This document shows positions 1 to 11,890 of a stretch of 64,000 nucleotides of DNA, one piece after another. This DNA comes from the human T2T-CHM13v2.0 reference genome, Homo sapiens: NCBI RefSeq assembly GCF_009914755.1, contig NC_060925.1. One strand, written 5' to 3'. The first letter of the stretch is position 1; the number at the start of each line of letters is the position of its first letter. Made by a program: the position numbers and the translations under genes. The notes under the pieces were generated by a model. The model ran no database searches, was not told the DNA's origin, and saw only the letters and a list, made by a program, of their open reading frames with translations.

Positions 1-1887
1 AATGAATGACACAATTTTATGATTATTTAGGTGGAGAGAAGCATTTGACAAAATTCCAAAACTCTCAACAAATTAGGTATACAAGGAATGTATCTCACCA
101 TAACAAAGGCCATATATGATAAGCCTACAGCTGACATAATACTTAATGATGAAATGTTGAAAGCTTTTTCTCTAAGATCCAGCAAAAGACCAGAACGGTC
201 ACTCTTGCCACTTTTATGTAACATAGCACTGAAAGTCCCAGCTAAAGCAATTAGGGAAGAAAAATAAATAGAAATGTAAATAGGAAAGGAAGAAGTGACA
301 TGTTTCTGTTTGTTAATAAAGTAATATTACATATAAAAAAACATAAAGCCTTCAACAAAAACTATTCCCTAACAAATTCAGGAAAGTTTCAGGAAATCAA
401 CAGACAGAAATTGGAGTTTCTATACTCTAACAGCAAACTGTATCTTTAAAAAGTTAAGAAAGACTCATAGAGAGGAGTTATAGCAACAAGATAGATGAAT
501 AGAAGATCCTCCAGCATCATTCATCCACACCCACACAAATAGAACTGGAAACTATTCAAAAACAATAACATCCTGAATTCCCATGAATTCAGGAGAGAAA
601 AAAGAGAAGCTGTGTCTGGTCTTAGAGCAATTAGGTAAAAGAAGGAAACAAAGGCCTCCAAATTGGAAAGAAGGAACTGAAATTTTCCCTGTTTACAGAT
701 GACATGGTCATATATTAAAAAAATCCTAACGACACCAGCAAAAACTGTGAGAACTGATAAATGAATTCAGTAAATTTGCAAGATACAAAATCAACATACA
801 AAATTAGCATTTATATATGCCAACAGTGAGCAATCTGAAAGAGAAATAAGGCAATCCCATTTACAAAAACTAAAGTAAATACAAAATAACTAGGAATAAA
901 TTTAGCCAAAGTAAAAGATCTCTTCAAGAAAAACTATACAACTCTAATGAAAGAAATTGAAGAGATCACAAATAAATGGAAAGATTCCCCATGTTCGTGG
1001 ATTAGAAGAATTGATATCATTAAAATGTCCATCTACCAAAAGAGAGCTACAGAATTAAAGCAATCACTATCCGAATACAAAAGATATTCTTCAGAGATAG
1101 AAAAAAAAATCCTAAAGTTCATATGGAAGCAAAAAAGACTCCAAATAGCCAATGCAATTCTGAGCAAAATGAATGAATATGTAGGCATCATACTACCCGA
1201 TATACTACAAGCTATTAAACATCAAAAGAGAATGGTACTGGCATAAAAGCAGACACACAAACAGAAGAGAACCCCTGAGAGCCCAGATATAAATTCACTC
1301 ATTTATAGTCAACTGATGTTTGACCAAGTTGAAAAGAACATACACCAAGAAAAGCACTACTTCCTCAATAAATGGTGATGCAAAAAATGCATATCCAAAT
1401 ACAGAATGAAACTAGACACTTATTTCACTATTTTAAACTCAAATTGGATTAAAGACTTTAATATCAGATCTTAAACTGTAAAACTTCTGGTAGAAAACAC
1501 AGGCAGAATGCATCATCACTACATTGATCTGGGCAAGAATTTTTAAAGTAGAACCTCAAAATCACAGGGAAAAAATAAAAAATTAAAAAATGAGATTACA
1601 TCATACTGAAAGGTTCTGCACAATAACGAAAACAATTCACAGAGTGAATAGATAACATACGAGTGGGAGAAAAGATTTGCCAACAATGCATTTGACAAGG
1701 GGTTCATATCCAGAATATATAAAGAACTCAAGTAACTGAGTACCAAAATTATCCCACAAATAATTTGATTTTAAAAATGGGCAAAAGACATCGAAAAACA
1801 TATTTCAAAAGAAGACATACAAATGGCTAGCACGTATATGACAAAGTGCTCAACATCACTAATCATCAGGGAAAGGCAAACTGCAAT
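1..1887 (+). mobile_element. Degenerate old L1 ORF2 fragments (L1M-like)
   Basis: Translations such as [29 protein letters not shown] match L1 ORF2; many stops. Confidence 0.9.
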
Positions 1888-2555
1888 GTCTTGGATGGGC
1901 ATGGTATCTTTCACTTTGAAACTGGAGTCCTGCAGGCCATTTTGAATATTGTTCATGTTTCCTAACACACCCAAGTTGGCAGAAGACCCCCTATTTAGGG
2001 CTAATACCTGCTGTTTATGCTCAAATAGGCCCAGGCAATACAAGTTTTGGCTATGACTCCAGTTATGTATATTTGTGGAAGAAACAATAGATGGGTATAA
2101 AATAAAGTATGGTAGAGTGAAATCATCATACCTGTACAGGAATGTAAATTTGGAGGTCATTTTTCTTATCAGGACACATCACACGGGGAATGTGTTTCTT
2201 TAGTAAATGTTGTGTACTCCTTTAGATATATTTATAACAAACCAATGATGCATGGCATCAGGATAAGTTTAGAAATAATTACTAAATGAGATTCCATAGG
2301 GTAGAGACAAGAAATTAGATTTTGCCTATGTTCAAGTGGGAGAATACCCATTTCAAATACCCAAGATTATAGAAGAAGGAATGAAAAGGTTTCAACTTTA
2401 AGCTGCTGAGGGAAGCTTGAAAAGAATTTAGTCTGACATTTGATATTCTTTATAACCATGTGATGGTACTTACTCAGATGGTACTTAGGAATTAAGAAAA
2501 GTCATTAACCTACAAAAAGCCCGAAGTATAAGAAAACACAGTTAAAGGTGTGTTT
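1888..2555 (+). other. Unexplained ~670 bp insert between two L1 fragments; possible degraded coding sequence (see findings); mirror ~52918-53585
   Basis: Abrupt switch out of L1 ORF2 at ~1888 and back into an unrelated L1 at ~2556; not recognised as L1/Alu/MaLR/OR. Confidence 0.5.
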
Positions 2556-4418
2556 TTTAATTGTCTTTGCTGGATTCGGTTAGTTCAATAGCCTTGTCTT
2601 CAAGCTCTGAACTTGTTTCTTCTACTTGTTTGATTCTATTTCTGAGATTTTCCAGTGTATTTTGCATTTTTCTAGTGTGTTCTTGATTTCCAGCAGTTGT
2701 GATTGTTTTTTATTTATGCTATCTGTTTCTCCGGAGATTTTTCCATTCATGTCCTGTAACACATTTTTAAATTTAAGTTGGTATTCACCTTTCTCTGGTA
2801 CTTTGTTGAGTAGCTTAATAATTGACCTTCTTAATTCTTTTTCTGGAAATTCAGAAATTTCTCCTTTGTTTGAATCCATTGCTGGTGAGCTAGTGTGATC
2901 TTTTGGGGGTGTCAGAAAATCTTGTTTTGTCATATTTTCAGAATGGTTTTCCTGGATTTTTCTCATTTGGGTAGACTATGTGAGAGGGAAGTTCTGGGGC
3001 TAAAGGGCTGCTGTTGAGATTCTTTTGTCCCATGGGGTGCTCCCTTGATGTGGTGCTCTACCCCTTCTTCTAGGGATGGGGGTTCCTGAGAAACAAAGTG
3101 CAGAGATTGTTATTTCTCTTCCACATCTAACCACCCAGCGAAGCTACTGTGCTCTGGTACTGGCTGGTACCGGAGAGTGTCTGCAAAGAGTCTTGTGGTA
3201 TGATCTGTCTTCAGGTCTCTCAGCCATGGATACCAGCACATGCTGTGGTGGAGGGAGCAGGGGAGTGAAGTGGACTCTGTGAGGGTCCTTGGCTGTATTT
3301 TTGATAAGTTTGCTGGTTGGTCTCCAGCCAGCAGTTGATTCTTTCAAGAGTTGCATCAGCTGCAGTAGTGTAGGGAAGATACGAGCTTGCCTTAGGGTTA
3401 CCTGGATAAGTATCCAGATTTCTCAGGCAATGGGCCGGGCCTCAGAGCTCCCATGAGATTATGTCCTTTGTCTTTGGCTCCCAGGGTGGGTAGAGAAAGG
3501 CCAAGAGGTGGGGGCAGTGTTAGGCGTGTCTGAGCTGAGACTCTCCTTGGGCGGGGCTTGCTGTGTGGCTGCTGTGTGGGATTGGGGTGTGGTCCTCAGA
3601 CTGATGGAGTTATGTTTCCACGGGGATTATGACTGCCTCTGCTGGGTCATGCAGGTCACCAGAGAAGGGGGGGAACGGGCAGTTACATGCTTCACTCAGC
3701 TCCCAGGCAGCCCAAAAGGCCAGTCTCACTCCCACCTTGTGCCCCCAGTAGCACTGAGATTTTTCCAGGCAGCTGGTGAGCAGGGCTGAGAACTTGCCCC
3801 AGGCTACAAGCCCCTCATGAAGAAAGCAAGCAGGGCTTTTAGGTTTCATGCCTCTCTGCCTGCCTCAGCTTCTGAGCTTGTATCTGCACTCCCAGTTTGC
3901 CCCCTCCCCCAGGTTCTGTCCAGGAAGCTTCACGTTAGTCAAGATTATTACAAAATTCATCTGAAAGCCTGCTTCTCCTTGTAGTCTTTCCCCAATTCCA
4001 CTGGCAGCCCTCCCAAAGGACCCCTGCAAGACAAAGTCCGAAATGGTTTCCCACAGGGCTCTTCTTGTTGTTTCCTCTACTCGAATATTTTGCTTGGCTC
4101 TCTAAATTCCTCTTAGCTCCGCGTAAGATTAAATCCTTTTCCCACCATGTGGACCGTCAGGTTCCCCAGTGAGGATCTGTGTTTGGGGGTGGAGCATCCC
4201 CCTTTTACACTTTCACACATTTTGGCACTCAGTCTTTGGCACGGAGCCTACAGTGGCCGCCACCTCCTTCAAAGGGTCTTTGGATTCTCTTGGCTTTCCT
4301 GGTATGTCCTATGGTAGTTCTTGGAGCAAAAGTTCACAGCGTGAATCTCCACATGCTGCTCTGTCCATCCAAGTGGGAGCTGCACGTTAGTCCTGCCTCC
4401 TATCTGCCATCTTCCTCT
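2556..4418 (-). mobile_element. L1 5'UTR + ORF1 N-terminus (about L1PA8A-16 type), 3' part missing
   Basis: GC-rich 5'UTR starting aagatggcagataggaggcaggacta; ORF1-like MTKQDFLTPPKDHTSSPAMDSNKGEISE. Confidence 0.85.
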
Positions 4419-5047
4419 TCTGGAGTCCACGAAAAGGATTATAAACAAACTATTTTGTTGGGAGTAATAATGTGGTCCTGGCCTAGTGTGAAGTGAAGCT
4501 CACTCCAGGCCATTTCTCTCAAGCTGTGTTAATTTGTACCCTTCAGCAGTTTATGAGAGGTTCATTTCCATAGGCCCCCACATCTACAACTAGGGGATTT
4601 CATATATCTAATCTGAGCAGGGACATTGGTTCTACATGGAGACAGTGCAGAGATGAGCTGTGCTTGAGGCCTCACCTGTAGGTGGTAGGGTCTAGACCGG
4701 GAGACAGGCATTGGCCAACAGAAAGTAAAGGACACAAAGTGATGTCCTTCTCCACTCACTTCAGCTTTTCTTCAACACTATTTCAGATGCTTCCTTCCTG
4801 GCTTAGCTCTTCATTCAAGGTGAGATATTATGGGAACAGGATTGTGGGGGCAGGTGGCCCCAGGTATGGAGACTAAGGGGAGGTGTACATGGCAAGAGAG
4901 AAGCCAGAATATGGGGATGAGAAAGGAACAAGCTGTCTGTGGTAGTCATCCATGATTGAGATGATGTGTGGACCCTGAGTCAGACTACCTGGTTCAAATG
5001 CAGGCTCTCTACTTTTTACCCATTTGATCTTGGCCTGTGGCTCTCTA

Positions 5048-5398
5048 CTTCTTATCCATTTCATCTTGGACTTGTGGCCTCTCATACCTCATCTTCCTTA
5101 CAGTCCTCCATATGAAATCCCCCTAAAGTAGGAACAAAGCTTTGGCCAACTGCTCCTCCCATCTTTCCGTGGTCTTTACTTAGGAACTGTGTGTTTAATA
5201 TACGTGACACAGGGTTTCTCCCACATCCCTGAGCAGAAACAAGCTGTGTCTGTATTTTGCACTGTACTCACCCCCATGCTAAACCCCCTCATCTACATCC
5301 TGAGAAACAAGGATGTGGTGGGGCTCTTCAGAAAGTTCTGGGAACACATCAAGTCTCTAAACAGAACACATAAATATCAATGTGGAAAACAACGGTAG
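5048..5398 (+). pseudogene. OR pseudogene fragment (TM5-TM7 only); probably OR2AS1P/OR2AS2P
   Basis: From 5082 reads SYLIFLTVLHMKSP*SRNKALANCSSHLSVV (stop 5124-5126), then frameshifts into ...VSVFCTVLTPMLNPLIYILRNKDV. No TM1-TM4 seen upstream. Name is from recalled cluster gene order only. Confidence 0.88.
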
Positions 5399-5526
5399 AG
5401 GACCAATAGATGCAAAGACTTCAGGAGCATCTCATTTTCCAGCATGAGGAATGTTGCTCCATCGTATGAGAAAACCATTTGGTTCAATTTAATTTGAAAT
5501 ATTAATTTGCTCATAAAAAGCTTAAG

Positions 5527-5852
<326 letters not shown>

Positions 5853-6454
5853 TTAAGAACTTTTTATCTAGTTTCTAACCATTGTTTCAAAATGGCTGAA
5901 CTCAACTGTGTTTCTCCTTGAAGCTAGATGATAAGCATAGACAAAGTTCCAGTCTTCTCTCTTTTTACCTGCTTTAGCCATTTCTCAGTATCCTTTGAAG
6001 CTCAACTCTGTCCAGGTATTGCTAATCTCCATTGTTGTAAGCATCGGCTTCCTAGGAAAGACAAAAGTGTGATTTCTCAGGGGCAATAATAACACAATAG
6101 ATTTTCTTTTCTCTTGATTGCTCTGGAAATCCCAACATGTTGGCTCTATTCTCTTATCCTGTCTCGGGTGGAAACTTCTGGTGATTCTCAGATAAGCAAT
6201 AACTCAGCTGATATATAATACAAGAAGATTTTCTCTTCTATAATAAATACAGCAAGCCTTGAGTAATAGTACGTAATCTGTGGGTGAGCAAGGAACAATA
6301 GGCTTCTCTCTTGACTTTGTAAGTTCCTCCCATTCTCACTAGCTCTAGATGCTTACTCTTCCTTGAGTCAGTGCAGGTGGAACTCAGGGGATAGAGTGGA
6401 AGTAGGGGCTAGAAAAGCCCTACCTACCTTCCACCAATACAGAGAAGCTTCCCT

Positions 6455-9400
6455 TCAATTTTTGGTGGTTTGATTATAATATGTCTTAGGGGTAGTTTTG
6501 TTTGGATTGAATCTGATTGGTTACTTTTTACCTCACTGTACCTGGTTATTTATATCTTTTTCCAGGTTTGAAAAGTTTTCTATTATTTCTTCATATAAGC
6601 TTTCTACTCCTTTATCATTTCAACTCCCTTATCTCCAATGACTCAAAAATTTGCTGTTTTGTTGCTGTCCAGTAAATCTCATGTTTCCTTTATTATTTTT
6701 CATTCTTTTCTCTTCTCTATTTTCATATAACCTGTATTTGAGTTCACAGATTCATTGGCTTGATCCATTCTGCTGTTGATGGTCTCAACTGCAGTTTACA
6801 TTTTGTTCATTATATTTTGCAGCTTTAGAATTTGTTTGATTTTTAAGTTATTCCAATATTTGCTAAGTTTATCATTGTGGTCATATTATTTTTATCGTTT
6901 GTTTGAATAGTTTCTGTGTATTTTCTTGAAGTTTGCTGAGCTTCCCTAAGACTGTTATTTCAAATGCTTTGTCAGGTAGTTTATGCGTCTCCATTTGTTT
7001 GCTTGGTGATGTATGCTTTCTTGATTTTTCTTGCGTCTGCAGTCATGCATCTAATATAATAGGTACTTATTCCAGTCTTTGCAGACTTGTTTTATCCTGA
7101 AACATTCTTCAATAGTAAGCCTGTCTAGAGATTCTGAGCAGGTTGTCTGGTGTGGTCCCTAAGCTCTAGTTTGCTGTGGTGGGGGCAGCCCTAGGTGGTG
7201 CCCTAAGCCTGGGACTGCCACGACTGGTGCAGTGCAGTGCTGTAATCCCATGGCCACTGGAACTGGTGTGGGTCCCAGATGATATCCTGTGGCCACTGGG
7301 GCTGGTGCAGCACTGATGCAAGTCTGAAGCCCATGTTCACTGAGGCCTGCCTGCCAGTGGATACTTTCCAGAGCTTAAGGCCACTCTGGGTGGGTGGCAG
7401 TGATGATGACTGCAAATTAATTCTGCTTTGCATGGTTTCTGCCTAGTGTTGGTGTAGATCTGGAGGCTCGGTCTTTGTGTACTGGCCTGGAGTCAGTGGT
7501 TGTGGGGGCTGCCTGGTTTTCAGTTTTTCTGTAGTGGGCCTAGTGTTGGGCACCAAGACCAAGTCCCACACTTACTTCCCTTTTTATTCCCCAAGTGTTT
7601 GGTATCTCTCCCTGCACTGTGCTGTCTGAGGTTGGGGATAAGAAATGCAGGTAATCAAAACTCTCCTTCCTGCCCTCTTCAATGTTTATTATTTTATCAC
7701 AAGAAGAAAATAGTATAACTAGGTACAATGATCTCTCACATGGCTTTACTAGCTTTTGTGAAGGTATGTAGTGTAAGAATAGTTATTAAAATTGATGTTT
7801 TTATGGGGATACAATTGTTAAAGAATTCCGTTCTGCCAGCTTTCCCACTCTCCTCTTTTTACTTTTTTGATTGAGACCTTTGAAGCACAAAAATTTTGAA
7901 GTTAGATGAGGTCCAATTATTTATTTTCTTATTGCTCGTTCTTTCGGTATCATGCTAAAAAAAATGCTAAACTTAAGGTCTTGAATATTTAACTTCATCT
8001 TTTCTCATATTTTTATAATTTTACTTCTTATGTTTAGGTCCCTGATCAATTTGAGTTTAAGTATGATTTGTAATGCCACTTCATTCTTTTGTTTGTGGAT
8101 ATCTTCTTGTCTGAGCACAATTTGTTAAAGTGAGTATTCTTTTCCCATTGAATGGACGTGGCACACTTGTCAGATGATTATTGACCATAGACACATGCGT
8201 GTATTTCTCATTAGATTCTCAATTGTCTTCTATTTATTTATGCATATATCCTTATTCTGTTATCAGGCTTTTAAAATTAGTGTATCTTTTTGGCAAATTT
8301 TGTACTCAGGAAGTGTAAATCTTCCAACTTTGTTTTTCTATTCAAGGTTGTTTTGGATTTTGCAGTCGCTCGTAATTTCATATGATTTTTAGTGTTTTCT
8401 ACTCTTGCAAAAAAAAAAAAAAGGCATGGAATTTTTATAGGCATTGTATTGAACCTGTGGATATATTTTGGTTGTATTATCTTAACCACAAGTCTCCCAA
8501 TCCATTAACATGCGATGTTGTTTCATCAGTTTATGTTTTATTTGCTATTAGCAGTGCTTTGTAATTTTCAGTGTGTTGTTTAACACTATTTTAAGTTTCT
8601 TCTTGAGTAAGTGTTGGTAGTTTCTGTGTTTCCAGGATTTGGTTTTCATCTCACTGAAGGTATCTAGTTAGTATTCAATTATTTGTAATATTCTCTTATA
8701 ATTGCTTGTGTTTCTGAAAGGCTAGTTGTTATGTACCCATGTTATATTCATATTTATGTATTCATGATGTAAGACTTCTCTCTTTCTCTCTTTGGTAAGT
8801 TTACCTAAAGTTTTCTATATTTTGTTGATCTTTTGAAAGCTCGAAATAGTCAAATTGTTTTTTCTATTCTGCATTTTATTAATCTCTATTCCAATACTTT
8901 TTTTTCCTTCTGTTTGCTTTGTATTGAGTCTGCTCTTCTTTTTCTAGTTCCTTAAGGTGTAAAAATATATTATTGTTTTTAGATGTTTCTTCTTTTTTTG
9001 AGTATAGGCAATCTAGCTAAAATTTTCCTTCTAAGAGTTGCTTTAGCTGCATCCTATATGTTTTGTTATGTTTTAAGTCATCTGAATATATTTTCTAACT
9101 TCATTTCCAATTTCTTTTTTGACCCACCGGTGCTTCACAGTGTGGTGTTTAATCCCCACATATGTGTAACTTTTGTAGTTCTCCCTCTATTTCAGATTTC
9201 CAGTTTTATTTCATTGATTGGAAAAGATACTTTGAATTAAATCTTTTAAAATTTAGTCTTATTTGTTTTTGGCAATTTATCCTGGAGAATGTGTTATTAG
9301 TACTTGAGAAGCATCTATACTCTGCTATTTCAGTATTCTCCACATATATATTAGGTCATTTGGTTTATAGTGCTGTTCTAGTCACTTACTACTATATTAA

Positions 9401-9720
9401 CATTCTGTCTAAGTGCACTATGCATTATTGAAAATGGACATTTAAGTATTGAACTATAAGTACAGAACTGTTTATTTCTTCCTTTAATTCTGTCCACCTT
9501 TGCTTCATATATTTTGGGTCTCTGTTACATTCATTCATGTTTACAATTTTTATATCTAAAGATCTATATTACATTCTCCAAGGAAGATACACAAATGATC
9601 CCAAACAGTATACGATTTTTTTTTTACTTATAAAAATTTTTGTCATAAACTCACTTTGTCTCACATTAACATAGCCACTCTGGCTATCTTTCGGTTACCA
9701 ACTGCACGAAGTATCTGTTT
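6455..9720 (-). mobile_element. Patchwork of old L1M fragments (5'UTR/ORF1 ~6455-7800; ORF2 ~7860-9720); mirror ~45745-49030
   Basis: L1-like translations (IHRFNTMPIKIP...) and T-rich antisense composition; boundaries approximate. Confidence 0.7.
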
Positions 9721-9899
9721 ATCTTCATGTATAGTATATGATAAAATGTTATATTCACAGATAAAACAATTTAAAGTATAAAATTATGATTCAATATGCT
9801 TTTTAATTTCCTTGAACACTTTCTTTTCTTCTAAATCTATTTTCTTTATTCCTTTATAGTTTATTATTTTCATATGCTTAATAAATTCAGGAATGACAA

Positions 9900-10708
9900 A
9901 GTTGAAATACAACCAACTACATAGAAGTACAAAAAACCCTAAGGGACTATTATGAACACCTCTCTGCAGACAAACTAGAAAACCTAGAAGAAATATATAA
10001 ATCCCTCGAAACAAGGAATTTATCTATTTCTCCACCCAAGATTATTTAACCTCCTGACATTAAGCCAGGAAGAAATTGAAATCCTGAACAGACCAATAAT
10101 GGGTTCTGAAATTAAGTCAGTGATTAAAAAAAACCTACCAACCAAAACAAGCCCTGGACCAGATGGATTAACAACCAACTCCTACCAGACATATAAATAA
10201 GAGTTGGTACAAAATCTTCTGAAATTATTTTAAAAATTGAGAAGGGAATACTCTCTAAGTCATTCTGTGAAGCCAGCATCATTCTGATACCAAAATTAGG
10301 CACAAATACGACAAAAAAAGTAAAGTTCAGGCCAACATTCCTGAGGAATATAGACACACAATCCTCCACGAAATACCAGCAAACCAAATCCAGCAGCACA
10401 TCAAAAAGTGAATTCACCACGATCAAGTAGGCTTTATTTCTGGGATGCAAGGTTGGTTCAACAAGTGCAAATCAGTAAATGTGATTCACCACATAAACAT
10501 AATTAAATACAAAAACCACATGATCATCTCAATAGAAGCAAAATGATTTTTCATAACATTCAGCATCCTTTCTTGTTAAAAACCCTCAATATACTGGGCA
10601 CCAAATGAACTTATCTCAAAAAAATAAGAGCCATCTATGACACACCCACAGCCACCATCATACTAAACAAGTAAAATCTGGAAGCATTCCTCTTGAGAAC
10701 TGGAAACA
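9900..10708 (+). mobile_element. L1 ORF2 (RT region) fragment; mirror ~44781-45570
   Basis: agccctggaccagatggatt, gggatgcaaggttggttcaac and similar L1 RT-region strings. Confidence 0.85.
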
Positions 10709-10869
10709 ATTTGAACAATTCAGTTTTCAATTTCTCATCAAAAATTGTGTTGACATGATTGATTGAAGTATTTTATCCCCCTTTCTCCCAAATACCAGGC
10801 CACAGACAGCATGAAATATTTTAAATAAACATTAAAATAAATAAGTCCAGATTGGTCATTAAATCGAGT

Positions 10870-11290
10870 ATTTTTTTTTATTGTATAAACTCAAGATGTA
10901 CAACATGTTTTGATGTAGATATCTATAGTGAAATAATTACCACATGCTAGCAAATTAACACATCCATCACTGTCTGCAGTTTACTTTTTTGTGATAAAAA
11001 CACATATAATCTAGTTATTCTCTTAGCAAATTTGTAATGTATAATAAAATAGAACTATAGTCCTTCTGTTGTACATTAGATCTCTAAATATCTTTATGTT
11101 ACATAACTGTAATTTTGTCTTCTTTTACCTACATTATCCCAATTTGTCTACTTCCCTGACTCTGGCAACTGCCCTTCAACTCCCTATTTATCTTACTCAA
11201 TTTTCATTTATTTTACACATAAATGAGCTCATGCTGCATTTTTCTTTCTGTGCCTGACTTGTTTCACTTGGCATATTGTACTCCATACTT
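10870..11290 (-). mobile_element. Old L1M 3' end; mirror ~44200-44620
   Basis: Typical L1MA/MB 3'UTR strings (tgtacaacatgttttga; ttgtttcacttggcata). Confidence 0.65.
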
Positions 11291-11519
11291 TAAAATTTAT
11301 TAAGCTTAAAGAATTAAACAAGTAAGCTCTAGTTGCCTAAGAAGTTAATGTACCCAGAAATATAAATTTCTGAACAATCATGGAAAATGTGTTACAACTA
11401 TATCTTCTTTCAAGTAGGTCTTGTAAATATTTTCTGTATTAATACTGACTATGCTCTCGTTTGGTTGTCATTCTATTCTGAGTTTTTAACCCTCTTGTTT
11501 AACCCAATCTCTCCTCCTC

Positions 11520-11890
11520 AAAAATGAATAAATGCATTGACTCAAGAAACATTTATTTTTGAGCGTCTGTTTTGGAATAGGTGCTATATTTTAGGCATTG
11601 GAAAGACACTAGTGATAAAAATGGTAAAATGCTTTATCTCCTGGATCTTACATTCTATGGTAGAGAAGAGATAATAATCACAAAAAAACTATCAGGAATG
11701 ATAAACATTATAAAGAAGAGTAAAATAGGGTGTGTAGGAGATAATTACTGTTTTATATTCACTGCTCAGAGATGTCTTCTCTGATAATCAAGAGAGCAGA
11801 GAAGAGAGACCTAAATCAGTTGAAGAAATGGGTCACAACGTATCGGAAAAGAGACCACCAGGCAGAGAGAATAGTAATCTTTTTTTCTTT
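11520..11890 (-). mobile_element. LINE-2 3' fragment; mirror ~43610-43970
   Basis: catttatttttgagc...ggatcttacattcta...caggcagagagaatag resembles antisense L2a 3' end. Confidence 0.65.

Noticed and set aside
571-594. Perfect hairpin tcctgaattc-ccat-gaattcagga
   Set aside because: Single 10-bp stem inside L1 debris; no evidence for an RNA gene.
230-900. Apparent direct repeat (240-450 vs 627-830)
   Set aside because: Two diverged L1 fragments covering overlapping ORF2 coordinates; ordinary.
1771-2160. 129-aa minus-strand ORF (and mirror 53311-53700) as a novel gene
   Set aside because: C-terminal third is antisense L1; conservation between copies just reflects the duplication.
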